From Amoebophrya sp. A120 (lineage: Eukaryota > Protista > Dinoflagellata): 64,000 nt of DNA. The translations under genes were made by a program, and so were the position numbers. Location: assembly GCA_905178155.1 (NCBI GenBank), contig CAJINV010000022.1:124001-188000 (forward strand), given 5' to 3'. The notes beneath the pieces were generated by a model that saw only the letters and a program-made list of their open reading frames with translations, searched no databases and was not told the origin of the DNA. Shown here in pieces: positions 23,701 through 36,812 of this stretch; positions within the stretch are counted from its first letter, which is position 1, and every line of letters begins with the position of its first letter.

Positions 23701-26520
23701 CAGATGAATCATCCCACGACTTCATCATCTTCATCATCAACATCTGCACGTGGGCCAACAACATCTTTCCAATACGGCACCAGCACAACTCGTCCGCAGA
23801 ATCCCTTCATTCCCCAGCAGGACGGCGCACCAGGACGTCGGCCTCCGCAGCCTTCTCCTCCACCTCTGGGTGCGACGACGGGTGGACCACAGCTCCAACA
23901 GCGTCTATTTGACGCCCTGCTGCTTGCAACGGTGCTGATGCGTGCGAAATTGCGCGAAGCTGCGTTTTCAACAGCCGGCCCCGGCGAAGTTGCAGCTTCC
24001 CAGACCACCAGAATGGTGATTAATACGTTTCTGGATGTGGGCGGTGTGAGGAACGACAACGATCCACATTCGGCTCTTCAACAGCCAGAAAACTTTCTCG
24101 CGGCAGCGGACGCAGTGGTGGAGTCTTTTTTCGCAACCTATGGATTGCAAATATGTCTGGGTCTGGAAACTTGTGATGCTGAGGCATGGATGAGTTTGGT
24201 GCTTTCAAGTGCAGCCATGCGTGACAAGTTTAGTTGGCGCCGTCTGATGCGTAGCACGCATGACAAGTTCTTGCATCACAAAAGAGTCGCGCGCTTGGTG
24301 GCTATGCAATACAGATTTTTCAGGAATGCAGGACATGCAACACAAGTTCCACCTTTGTTCCAGAGCCAGACATATTTGCAGTTGATACAACCTACGTAAG
24401 ACTCATTTTCGACGCCGATTGGCGGCTGTTGGTGCAACAGTCTACTACTGCTCCCGAGCAAGAAGCGGGACAAGGCGAACTACCGAGCGCCACGCCTCCA
24501 GCTCCTGTTGCTGAAGCTGCTTCTTCTACCAGGAAGAGTTATCGGGACGTTTTGATGTCTGCTGTTGGTGCAGGTAAAGCAGAAGGCCGCGCCCCGACGA
24601 ACAAGGCCAATGCCAAGGCCGCGGCATCAAGTAGAAACGCTGCAGCACCAAAAAGTACTGCCAAGGCAAAAGGCAAAGCCAAGGCAAATCCGAAGCCCAA
24701 GCCCGCGGGCGGAGGGCGGCCAGCTGAGGAAGGATCGTTCGATGACCAGCAAGGACAATATCAAGAAGGGGCCGCGAATACGAATAGTACAACTGAGCCG
24801 AACTCCAACGTCTTCCCCGATGGGGTTTTCGTAGCTGCAGTGGCCGCGCAACAAGGCCTGCAGCGCGGGGTTGAACTTGGCAGCTCCTGGGCACAAGTAC
24901 AACTACCTATCTTCCATTTACTCTCCCTTGTCAACAAACTGCCGGAGCTTGTGCAAGCGTCGCCGTCCTCGTCCCAAGCAGCACAAAGCATGATTTCGAA
25001 CATGCTCGGCTTAGTATCCTGAGTAAAAACGTACCCACACCAGAGTTGTAATGCAGATTTGCAAAGACAGGAAGGCTTGTAATGCGCATCACCATGAGAG
25101 CCATTTCCAATCGTGTTTTGGAATTTGTGATGCTGTGAACAGGATGAGCAGATGAATCTGTGATGCGGCTGCACTTGCTAACCTGCACTACACTGCAGAG
25201 TGCAACTTGTCATGCGTGACTCACAAAACTCCTAGGTTTGTGTTGCAAAATCCCCATCCTGACTCTGGTGTGGGTACGTTTTTACTCAGGATACTTAGTA
25301 GCGCAGCTCGCAGGATACCGCGTTGAACAGATTCGATTTGGTAACAACAACCAACAAGAAGATGAAGACTCAAGTGCTGTCGAACAACTACAAGACGTGG
25401 GGTCCTCGTCGACGTCCTTGGACAGTGGCTTGTCCACTTTTCTGTCCGCAGCGGAGGTTATGAACTGCAAAAGTATCGTATTCGTATAAATGCATTACAA
25501 ATTTCCTCAGCATGAGAAATAAAATTTGTAATGCGGATTCGACTTAACAAAAAGATTTGTAATGCATGATTGCAATACGAATACGATACTTTTGCACAGG
25601 ATAGAGGTGCTCTCCGCTCGAGTCGACGTGCAGGCTCAGGCCCTGCTCGAGGCTCAGACAAGTCGAACTGGTGGTCACCAACGAAGTAGAAGTACAAGGA
25701 GAGCAAGAAGTCGCACACGCTCCAGCAAATCTTCATCCTCACGAGATCGCAGCACATCTTCATCACGAGATCGCAGCAGAGCTTCATCTAGTGGACGACC
25801 TGCGGATCCGAATGCTGTACCGCGGCATGGTCGTCGCCCCACTGTTGGTGGAGGTGGAGTCCCAGCACGCCCCTCGATTGGGCGTGGCGAACAGCGCCTG
25901 AAAGGAAGACGGTCCCGATCTCCTTCCCAGGAGGTCCTGGAGGCCACGACGGCGACGGCCCACGATTTTTATACCACGTCTCCGGTTGAGAGTGATCGTG
26001 AAGATGAAGCACACGACTCGTCCGCGTCCATCGCCGGTGCAGAGTCAGTGGATGGACCGTACGATTTTTACGATGTTGGTGATAAGCAGGGGCATCGCTC
26101 GCGATCACTAAGTCCGGCACCTGTTTCGGTAGGTGGTGCCTCGACCGCTGTCGGCAGCCAGGCGGTGTCATACGTCACCTCGACCGTAGGCAGTTGGCCC
26201 TACGTCGGAGGGAGCAGTAGTAATCCAGGAACAACGAGCGCCTCCTATCCTGAGTAAAAACGTACCCACGACACCAGAGTTGTAATGCAGATTTGCAAAG
26301 ACAGGAAGACTAGTAATGCGCATCCCCATGAGAGCCATTTCCAATCGTGTTTTGGAATTTGTGATGCTGTGAACAGGATGAGCAGATGAATCTGTGATGC
26401 GGCTGCACTTGCTAGCCTGCACTTGTCATGCGTGACTCACAAAGCTCCTAGGTTTGTGCTGCAAAATCCCCATCCTGACTCTGGTGTGGGTACGTTTTTA
26501 CTCCGGACACCTCCTTATGA
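20750..26520 (+). CDS. Large lineage-specific protein (C..GLR(F/Y)P family) with N-terminal TM; may be two genes split at ~22933-23300
   Basis: Introner removals chain 20750-22932 and 23305-26520 (ends ASL*). The link across 22933-23304 is unresolved, but both sides share a frame. Confidence 0.6.
22251..22400. mobile_element. Introner family A
   Basis: TSD CACGC/CACGC; TATCCTGTGCAAAAGTATCG; frame restored. Confidence 0.92.
22933..23319. other. Probable old intron or degenerate introner
   Basis: Starts TATCCCCTGC, tandem TTGTCATGCAAAATTC twice, ends CGGATA; no matching TSD. Confidence 0.4.
24139..24387. mobile_element. Introner family B
   Basis: TSD CAACC/CAACC; gives FATYVRLIF. Confidence 0.92.
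25015..25293. mobile_element. Introner family F (young)
   Basis: TSD CTTAG/CTTAG; perfect 32-bp TIR TATCCTGAGTAAAAACGTACCCACACCAGAGT. Confidence 0.95.
25459..25603. mobile_element. Introner family A (reverse orientation)
   Basis: TSD GAGGT/GAGGT; ends TTTTGCACAGGATA. Confidence 0.92.
26246..26509. mobile_element. Introner family F (near-identical to 25015; ACA end)
   Basis: TSD CCTCC/CCTCC; ends TTTTTACTCCGGACA; lies two codons before the stop. Confidence 0.92.
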
Positions 26521-26929
26521 ATGCGTCAACGATTTCGACTTCGACTCGGGAAGAGTTTTGCCTTTACACGGAACAGAGCGGCCACAGCTGCTGCATAATT
26601 GTAGTGCTGGATGCTGATGTAGAAGAACTACGAATAGTGCACGATGTTTGTACAAATTCAATACATAAACGTTGCACGAAGCTTCCTGCACAAGAAATAT
26701 ATCAGTCACGTCACATTTGCCATTTTCCTAGTTCAGGTGGACGCTTCAACTCTTTGTAAGTATGTACTATGGAGTTCTTGTGTCTCTTCTCTTGAGGTCC
26801 AGGAGGACAACTCGCGATTTGCAGTTTCATGCAAGGAAGATGAATATTTGTGCAACGACTCTATCTGAGCTGCTCCGTCCTGTTGTAAAAAAAACTCTTC
26901 GCGGGCACAACTTTTTGCGATCATACTCA

Positions 26930-27961
26930 ATGATGGGAAGTCCCGAACTTGGAAGGATCAGTTATCCAAAGAAAAAAACCCATCCACATCCAATTTGTCA
27001 TGCAAAAAACGTATAAAATCATGTGTTTGTCATGCAAAAAATGGATGTGGATGGGTTTTTTTCTGTGGATATCAGTTACTCTAATCCTCCAAGCGCGAAG
27101 GCCAGTCCCGAACTTATGGAAGCGTCAGGTTTGAAATCGTCAAAGTTGATATAATTTGTAATGCATAAAGTGCGACACAAAAAGCGACTCTATTGCAGAG
27201 GACCCACGGGAGGCAGATTATACATAGTCCTGGTAAGGGTCAAAAGTTGGATTGCTAACTAGCATGACAGAAGGCAGCTCTTTTGCCCTCAACCGCACGA
27301 CAGACTCGCTTCCAGGAACGGGAAAGTTTGTCATGCGCCGACTACAAACTGTAGGTCTAAACGGTATCCGTTTTATGCATGACAAACTATTTCAACTTTG
27401 ACGATTTCAAACCTGACACATCCATAGAACTCGGAAGGAACATCACAACGACCTCGGGAAGTAGACCTGAACCCTATGGAAGCGTCAGGATTGAAATCGT
27501 CAAAGTTGAAATAGTTTGTGATGCATAAAATGCAACCCACAAAGTGCCTGTCTTGCAGAGTAGGCAAGGGAGGCAGATTGTAAGCCTGTCGAGGGGTAGG
27601 ATCACTGCTGCTAAAGTAGCACGACAAAAGGCGTCTTCCTTACCTAAACAGCATGACAAACTGGATCTCGGCTCTACTCAAATTTGTCATGCGCCGCTTA
27701 GAAATTGGGCTTCCAACTGGTATCGATTTTATGCATTACAAGTTATTTCAACTTTGTCGATTTCAACTCTGACACATCCATAAAGCAGAGCAGATTCTGG
27801 ACATCTCCGAAGCAGAGTCAGAGGCGGAAGATGGTGATAAGCAGGGGCGCTTGCGATCCCTAAGTCCGGCAGCTGCCTCGACCGTTGCCGGGAGCATGGC
27901 GGTGTCCCACGTCACCGGCGCTTCCTCGTCTGCAGCCACCGCTACAGGCACCTTCTTATGA
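26930..27961 (+). CDS. Putative chimeric mini-gene (~90 aa) with three introners
   Basis: Spliced: MMGSPELGRISYSNPPSAKASPELGRNITTTSGSRPE-EQILDISEAESEAEDGDKQGRLRSLSP...GTFL*. Confidence 0.55.
26963..27071. mobile_element. Introner family C
   Basis: TSD TCAGT/TCAGT; empty site in the paralog at ~28798. Confidence 0.95.
27115..27426. mobile_element. Introner family D
   Basis: TSD GAACT/GAACT; empty site in the paralog at ~28836. Confidence 0.93.
27475..27782. mobile_element. Introner family D with mismatched TSD
   Basis: Intact TIRs; flanks AACCC/AAGCA; element+5 nt removal keeps frame. Confidence 0.85.
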
Positions 27962-28388
27962 ATGCGTCAACGACCTCGACTCGGGAAGAGTTTTGCCTTT
28001 ACACGGAACAGAGCGGCCACAGCTGTTGCCATTGTAGTGCTCGATGCTAATGTAGAAGAACTACGAATACACGATGTTTTTGTTTGTAGTTGTACAAATT
28101 CAATACACGACAAACGTTGCGCAAAGCTTCCTGCACAAGAAATAAATCAGCCACGTCACATTAGCCATTTTCCTAGTCCAGGTAGACGCCCCAACGTTTT
28201 GTATGTACTATGGAGTAGTTTTAGGTGTCTCTTCTCTTGAGGTCCAGGACGACAACTCGCGACTTGCAGTTTCAACATGCGAGGAATTATATTTGTGCAA
28301 CGACTCTAGTAACTCTATCTGAGCTGCTCCGACTCCGTCCTGTTGTAAAAAAAAAACTCTTCGCGGGCACTTTTTGCGATCATACTCA

Positions 28389-31300
28389 ATGACGGGAAGT
28401 CCCGATCTCGGAATATCCTGAGTAAAAACGTACCCACACCAGAGTCAGGATGAGGATTTTGCAACACAAACCTAGGAGTTTTGTGAGTCACGCATGACAA
28501 GTTGCACTACTACTGCACCCTAGATCTCCTGCGGCCGTAGCTGCTTGCGGCGACGGTGCAAAGGTTTTCGATGTGGCGCAGTCGGGTATGCATGACAAGT
28601 TGCACTATGCAGTGTAGTGCAGGTTAGCAAGTGCAGCCGCATCACAGATTCGTCTGCTCATCCTGTTCACAGCATCACAAATTCCAAAACACGATTGGAA
28701 TGGCTCTGATGGGGATGCGCATTACAAGTCTTCCTGTCTTTGCAAATCTGCATTACAACTCTGGCGTGGGTACGTTTTTACTCAGGATACGGAAGGATCA
28801 GTTACTCTAATCCTCAAAGCGCGGTGGGCAGTCCCGACCTCGGAAGGAACACAACGACCTCGGGAAGCAGACCTGATGAACCCATGCCTGCTCTTCGTCT
28901 GCATGCAGCAGCCTCGGGAAGCAGACCTGAACCCATGCTGCGACCTCGGGAAGCAGACCTGAACCCAGTGCCTATTCACGGGGCGCAGCAGCAGCAGCAG
29001 CAGCCTAATCTGCAGGCAGGGCAGACAGGTAATATCGTGCAGCAGCACCCGCCAGTTCTAGTAGCGCCGCCGGGAAGTAGTAGTGCTGGTTCCGGTTCAA
29101 TTCCAATTCTTGTGCCCATCCGAGACCCGGTGACGGGGCAAACGGTTTTGTCCCCTCCTTTGGGGTACGAACAAGGTACTCAAAGTCTGATTGTAGGGAT
29201 GCCGGTGAACCACGAGCAGCGGTTAGTCCTCCAACCGGCCCCGGGCACGGCAGGTGGTGTCGCGACCACGGGTCTCAATGTTGTAAACCAGCCGCAGCAG
29301 CAGCAGCAGCAGCAACACCTCCCCCCACACCAGGGCATAAGTAGCCCAATGTCTCCCGAGGAACGTGCCGCTCATCAGGAGTATGTTCAAAACCTGGTCG
29401 AGCGCGACAACGCCCGCCGGGCGGAAATCCAGCGTAATCGTGCACTAGAACGACAGGTAGGAGGACCGCCAGATGAACAAGCTGGGCGGGAAGTCGAAGT
29501 AGAGCCTGCAGGAGCAAATAGACGTGGTCTTGTACTTGCGCTCGCTGGCCGACGTGGCCGACGCGGTCGTCTTCAACCTGCGGAAGTCCAAGAGCGTCCG
29601 GATCCAGTGTCCCGGACGCCCTCGCACAGCCCTGAACGCTGGTTAGGACCAGGCGAGGGTCTTCGCGCCGAGGATTTTCATCCGCATCGGGGCAGAGGCC
29701 GCGTCGGGGCAGAGGCAACACAGCAGGGTGTGCAACAGGAGCTCCAGCAGGGGATGAGCATGGGCGTCATGATGCAGGTGGGTGGCCAAGAAGAAGAAAG
29801 AGGACCTGGGCCTCATCTAGGTCAACAGGCTCCCCCTGCGGTCGTCCCTCCGCCGCCTTACCCCGGGAACCATAATATAATGCACTACCCTTACCCCGGA
29901 CAACTACCCTTACCAATACCACCACCACCTGCTCCAGCAGCGCATGATCAGGAAGGCCAAGGTGCGGCTGCTGGTTTCGTTGGTTATAATCCTGCTGTCC
30001 CAGCAGCAGGGACCTGGGGAGGACCACCAGGGCCAGGAACGAGACAAGAGCAACCACAATGGCCTATAGTTTCCCCGCAAGGTTCCCCGCAAACTATGAC
30101 CACGGCAGGACCCGGAGTTCAAGTTCCTCTTCAACCAGCGGCTCCTGCACCAGGAATTATGCAGCACGGCATCAATTGGCAACAGGTTGCTTCACGACCA
30201 GATCCGTCGCTGATGGGTCCTACCTACGACTACCCGGGAGGTGTCGTGTCTTTTCCATCGGCGTTTGCCGGGTCATTCGCAGGGCCTTCGACGATGAGTT
30301 CTTCACCTGCTTCTATGGGGGCTGCCGAGTTTGGTGGTGCTGGTGGACACTTTGGTGGCGGTTTCGGTCCTGGTCTTGGCCAACCACAACAGCAGTTAAA
30401 TTATATTGCAGGAGAGAAGATGCCACCACAACTACAACCAGGAGTTGTACCTCCACATACTCCACCACAAGTATTTTTCCCTCCTTCTCCACAAATGATG
30501 AGCACCAGCGACTACTTCTTGATGCAGCAGTTGCAACAACGTGGTCAAGGCGGATGTAATATTACCACCACTTCTTCTGCCCCCGGGGGCGGATCTAGTT
30601 CCAGTTCGTCTCATCTCTCCCGACCCGTAGGCGGCGGCCGGGGATCTCCGGATGGTGGAGCGGCGCAAGCAACTTCGGATGGTGTTGGAGCGGCGCACGA
30701 GGGTGGTCCAGGTGATGTCCTGTGGCGGGGCGCCAAAGGTGATGCAAGGAAAAAAGGAAAAGGTGGAAAAGCTGCATCATCATCGAGGACGAGAGAAAAG
30801 CTGAACAAAGAAACAAAATCCGTCGTTGATCCGGACACAGCTGCGCCACAGCAAGAACAGGGTCATGCTCGTGTTGAACCAGGAACAGTATCGCGGCGAC
30901 CTGCGCCTAGATTTGCGATAGAAGCCGTGCAAAGTGCATTGCGGAAAGCTCAGCGCCGACGTCGTAGCCAGGGACTACATGGGTCGTGGCAGCCGGTCCG
31001 CGCGTTGCAATTCTTGCAAAATTGGATCGCTCACCGACCGGAGGCACGATTACTTCGAGAACGAGAGGAGATCGAAAGAGAACTTCAGGCCGGAAATGTA
31101 GTGCCTATCTTGGAACGGATGACCCCCGAGCAATTGGATGCGCAACGGCTCCTCATTTCTTTGCTTGACTCCAGGGCGTGGACGACGGATTTCATTGGCG
31201 CTGTCCTTGAGGATCCTCACTTTGTTCCTCGTCGGGAGCTAACCCCGGAGGAGGATGCAGCCAGTATTTCGCACTTTGAAAACAGTGTCCGCGACGCGTT

Positions 31301-33637
31301 CCAAAGGCGTGGTGACCGCGTGCTACAGACCCCAGGCCTGCGTGAGAGCGATCACGAAGAAGTGGGTCTGCTGCCATGGCTGGAAAGGTTCGCCTTGCGC
31401 GGGACCTCGGGCACAGTTTTCTTCCGGGTGCGCAATTTCTACATCGGCCGCGACGATGGGATCCTCAGAGCCGTGGTGATTACCGGCTTGGAGCCGAGTG
31501 ACGCCTGGCTGCGGGAGGGATTGGACGAGGGCCGGGGGTTCGTGTGGCACCCGGAATACGAGTTGGATCACACGACCGTTTTCCACGCGGAGGACGTGAC
31601 TACAACGGGATACGGAACTTCTACTTCCCGTCGGGAGATACGGTGGAAAATAGCCGACGGGGAGTTCCCGTCCGACACTGCCGAAGCTTGGCAAGAGAAG
31701 CTGCGAGAACAAGCTGAATCGCAACAACGTCCCCGTCCGGGAATCTTGCGCGACCAGGAGCAGCGCGGCGGCGGCCGAGGATCTTCGGATCGTGGACCTG
31801 CGGCTTCAGAAAGTTTTGGACCGGCCAGGGCTTTGGAGGATGAGCCGGGGCGGCCGCGTGCTGGTGCTTCGTTGCCTTCTTCCTCCTCTTCGCGGCCAGG
31901 AAAGAGGGGCGCAGCGCCTTCTCAGATAGGAGAAACACCACCAACAGTAGATCAGCGAGGTCCACCTCTGGCTTATAATTTGGTGCCCATGATCGAGCGC
32001 CGCTTCGTGACGCAACTTCAGCAAAGCTTGGAACCGCTACGACCTGCTCCGGCAGAGGGTAGCATCGCCCCACGACACCGGGAATACGCACCGGACATAG
32101 AGGCGCTCCAGCTCTTTAGAGACTGGATCACGCTTCGGCCGAAGGTGAAGAACAGGCGTCGTCGTGAATCGCGGCGACAGAAGCCCGGCGCCGGCCATCC
32201 GGGAGAAGAACCGCAGCCGCTCCTGGAGCCGATGACCCCCCAGCAGAAGGCCCTACAGAGAGTTTTCATTCGCCTACTCGAAAGCGCCAGGTGGACTGTG
32301 CCTACGACCCGCCCGGCTACCCTCGGAGATGGCGCAGTGAACAAGGGCGAGACGTTGGAAGAGCAAGCCGAAGTCTGGACACAATCCGAGCTGTTGCAAG
32401 ATCGTATTGAGGCTGCGTTCGATAGTTACAACCGTGACACATTTCGGAACAGGTCGGAAAATCATGACGTGCCAGGTCTGCGAGGCCTCGAGACGCTTGC
32501 CCTGGGTGGGGGATTTAGTGGCGGGACTGTAATTTTCGGGGTCCGGAATTTCTATTATGACGAGACAACCGGCACGCGCAGAGCTGTGGTGATGACCGGT
32601 TTGAAGCTATCCTGTGTAAAAACGTCCCCAACTTCCCAGGGTTCTCAAGTAGATGGGGATTTTGCTATAGAAGTCAACAGGTTTTGTGGGTTGTGCATGA
32701 CAAGTTTAGGTTCGCATTGTAATCTTGTTTTGTAGCACTAGCAGGTACTGCAGCCGCATGAGAAACACAGCGCCTTAATATGATCGTGGTGGTAGCATGA
32801 CAAATTCCCAAGCAGCATGAGGAAAAAATGCTCCTCATGTGATTGGGATTGCGCATGTTGAGAAAGAGAAACAACATTTTACTTATGCAGATTTGCATGA
32901 CAACTCGGGGAGGACCATGCGGATGTTTTTCCTCAGGACAGGAACCGCGCAGCCGAGACTTCGCGTGGGGGCCAGAGTACGAGGTGGATCACACGACCGT
33001 GTTCGAAGCTATCGATGAAAAATATCGCGCGGCGACAGCCGGAAGCGAAATTCCACCACGACCACAGCTGTGGTGGAAAAGTAAGCCTGGTGAGTATCAG
33101 TCAGCAGCTGCACGCGAGCTTTACCGTGCGCGGCGGGAGGAAATGAACGCGAGGAGACAACGCGGCGGCGCACAGGATGTAGATCATTCACCGGAACCAG
33201 CAGTCTGGGTCTCACTCCCAGACCATGGGGGTGCTGCGCCTGCGCCTGGTCCACCCCAACGACCGGTGGGGCGTCGACGTCGCGGCGATCTGGATGAGGA
33301 GCTGCAAACAGAGGCCGCACTCCTGGAGTCTTTGGCAGCAGTGCCACGGCAAAACGTGCAAAACCGGTGGCAAGATGTTTGTGACAGCGATAATAATGTT
33401 AGTGACAGCGAAAAGCGAGGTCGTGACAGTGGCGAAGCCGGCGGCGCCGCTGCGTCGTCACATCGAGCCACGAGCCGTCGCGCGTCTCCACTGCGCCGTC
33501 CTCTTCTTGGTACATCGGCGAGCGACGCCGGAGGGGGACCAACTCTCCCCGGGCCGTCGTCGTCGTCGATGCCGCGGCACTCTGCCCGTGGACGCCGTGA
33601 CCCCACTGGGCCCCCAGGAGGGCAGCCACCCTCGTAG
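28389..33637 (+). CDS. Large Q/P/G-rich protein with a duplicated ~230-aa domain, 3 exons
   Basis: MTGSPDLG|RISYSN... joined to the 1331-aa ORF and the last exon; repeat ALQ..(N/D)WI..RP / MTP.Q / GTV.F.VRNFY / RAVV.TGLEP / W.PEYE.DHTTVF occurs twice. Confidence 0.8.
28414..28789. mobile_element. Introner family F (reverse orientation) with internal insertion
   Basis: TSD CGGAA/CGGAA; reverse complement of the 25015 copy plus an 80-bp insert. Confidence 0.93.
32608..32940. mobile_element. Introner family F-like (ACA end)
   Basis: Flanks GAAGC/GGAAC; removal gives VVMTGLEP, matching VVITGLEP in the paralogous repeat. Confidence 0.88.
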
Positions 33638-36600
33638 GGAGGCAGCTGCTGTGGGCGAAGAACCTCACACGGCAGGCCTGTGCGGGCAGTCCCAGTCGAG
33701 TCTGTCGGACCCGGACTGAGTCGAAGATCAGTTGTTTCGGGCGTACGGCTTAAAAGCTTGATGTTGTCCTAGCGGGCGGTCGAAGTAGTGTATAGAAAGT
33801 ATAACAAAGCAGTTTTTCTATTTCTAGCTACTGGTGCAACAATTTCTGGCTCTGCTAATAAAGACCGAGCAGGATAATGATAAAATGAAAGCAGGAGCAT
33901 ATGCAGCCACATATTTTTGTCAGTGTATTTTTCTCTGTAGTAAGATAACATTTCCCGCATGATCGTGATCCTAAAGATGTCTGTAGGCCATCAGCAGGCA
34001 CTCTTCTTCCTGCCTATCTTCATGCCCTCACGACCTCGTACCTCCGCACGTGATACTTTAGGCGCCGTTGCCTTGAGGCTTTCAGAACTTTACGGACCGT
34101 ACAACCCCATGTAACGGCCCCGTTATGTCACAGTATCAACATGTAAAAGTTTAAGTTTTAGAACGAAAATCGATTCGACCGACTTGTTAAAAAAGGATCA
34201 TCTTCGCGACATGGGCAACATTTTGCGTAGACGTGGTGAGACACTTAACCTAGCGTGACCAAATAACGAAAGCACGACACAGAAATGTCTCCGAGGCTGA
34301 CTGTAACTAGACGACCAAATTTCAAAAAACAACAGCAGCACTTCGTGTACAATTCTCGCGAGAACACCACTATACTGACTTTTTTATACATACCTCTTGC
34401 CGCGAGGGGGTTCTTCGCTCTATTCAAACTCAAAGTCTCCTTTCATGTACAATCATTTTCATTTTCCAGCACTGACACTGCCATTTTTTTCATCATTTTC
34501 TGGTACAGGAACACAAAACAGATGTCCGTCAAGAAGCACAAAAAGTGCAGGAGCTGCAACTGCAACATGAACATGTATTGAAGTAAGTAAAAGTAGACCT
34601 CTGTCTAAACCATACAGCAGCTCTGTCTTGAAAGTAGACACAAGATCTTCACAAGGAGAAAAAAATGAGAAAGCTAGTCTTGAGAAGACTATGAACGCGA
34701 AAACCGATCGTGACCGAAAGAGGAAACAAGAGAAATACAAAAATACGTTGTAGTTGTTCTCCCATCGAAACTCGGATCCCCATCCTTCGCCCGTTGGTGG
34801 TGAGTTCGCAGGATGTCAAGTAGAACAAGCTCGTCCACCTCCCGTGCGTCTTGTAGTAAGCTTGCTGTGCTGCGTACAAGCTCCGTGGCCGACGTGCGTC
34901 TTCAGCGAAGTTACTTGTAGATGACCCTATGCATAGATAATTGCGAAGGATTCTGTTTCTCAGTTCTGTTTTTCTGGTTTGTCTCTTTATCTTTGTTTCG
35001 TGTGATGTTGGTTCTCGTCGAGACATCCACTGAAGATGACCAAAAAATGCAGCAAGGTCATCAACATCATGCAGATCGTTCCTACAACTTGAATTGGTGC
35101 GTGATTTGACCACAGAGGAGATTGCAGAAGTACTATAATACTTCTAAGATTTTCGACGTCATTTTTATCACCTTGATTATGAAAATGATGATGTGGCGCA
35201 GCAACATTCTTTCCCAAGCAGTCGGAGCATTTGTGTGACTGTATGCACGACGAGCAGTAATCAGCCAAGAAAGTGTCGAACGGAGCTGATTATAAGGTGG
35301 AAGAATGTGCACTTGTAGTATGAAAAACATGGATCCGCGAGCAAGAAAGGTCGTGCCATTTACATTATATTACATGTACAGAGTTGTATGATCGAGTCCG
35401 TACATTCTAGACGGTTGTACTTACAAGCACAACGGAAAAAAACATCAAATGGAAATGTCAGTCATTCCATGAAGTGCATGTGCATGTGGATGACTTCTTC
35501 CGCGAGCCGGTAGTTGCGTCATTCCGCACCGCTCTTTGCTGCAGTTGCAGTGGATGGATTTGTTCTCAACATCATGCATAAGCATATATGCATTGCAGTT
35601 TAATGCGTTTGCCGTGGTCGTTCTTCCTGTTTCTTCTTCGTGTTTGTGTGGACCTATTCTTCAGGCTCCTTGCCGCCCCCTGGGCAGCACTCCATCTGAT
35701 CATAGTTGTCGGCGATCAACAACAGAAGTATCGGTGGTCTACTTCGCCTTGTTAATAGGCGAGTCGAAGGTGACATTGATCAACATCAACCAAGATCAAC
35801 CTAGATATAGCATTTGGTCTTTTGTTGCGATCGTCAAAAAGCCCACTGACGAGTGGAGGTGATAGGATCTTGTTACTAGTAGCTGCTACTTTATTCCAGT
35901 ATGATCCACCATAACGTTCATTTCGGATCAGTCGTGAAAGAAGTGGAGCGGTGACGCAAGTGCATATGGATATCTTATTCTATAGCTGCAGTCTGAAGAT
36001 CCTGAACTACGACGATCGTGATATTATTGTACTAGCCTAGGAACATGTGTGCATCTGAGGTGAGGGTCGAGCTCTATTTTATTGCGCGATGAACAAGACG
36101 AGGTACAGGATCTCACTATCAGTCTATTGACATCAAGAAAGCAAGGTCGTACGTGACACCCTGTCTCTAGTTGTGGTTCCACAAGATCGAAGAAACTATA
36201 CATAAGCATTGACTTCTCTACTCGACGAGGAGTGTTGCTGCTTTTATCCAAATTTTATCGTAGAGCAAAAAGAATTTTGATTTTCGCCCACCACACTTCT
36301 ACAACCAATAGAGTGACCGAACACAACCTAGTAGACTCAGAAATTTCACTGTTAGCTGCATACAGATGAAGGCAAATAAAGTAAATTTCAGACGCGTATT
36401 TTTAAACAAAAAGTCGATAGTACAACCACAACCTTAGCGCACACCGAAAGAAGACGGTAATCTCTCGGTCTATGGCAGTTGTGCCATCTGTTTGTATGTT
36501 GATGCTAGTACTTTTTTTACATGACGACAGGAATTCCAAAGAATAGAGTCAAAAGCGTATTTTTGTCGCTTTTGAGGAGCACATGAGCGGAGCCGAACGC

Positions 36601-36812
36601 GGACGATCGTAAACAAAAACAGGTCGTGTCTGCAGCTGATGGTCCGACCACTCTACGTTGATTTATTCGACTCCTCCGACGTTCCATCCCCCACTCTCCG
36701 TCTTGGAAATTTGACTCCCACCGGATAAAGATCACTTCAGCAACGTCACTCAGCCGACATCAAATCTTCAAAACAATCGACCCATCTCCAAAACAAGCAA
36801 CCCCGACCGGCC

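Larger units (their letters stand above)
26075..28880. repeat. Tandem segmental duplication (gene 3' end + intergenic + next gene 5' end)
   Basis: 26075-27474 matches ~27830-28880 once introners are removed: GGTGATAAGCAGGGGC, TTATGAATGCGTCAACGA, GCGATCATACTCAATGA, GGAAGGATCAGTTACTCTAATCCTC. Confidence 0.85.
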
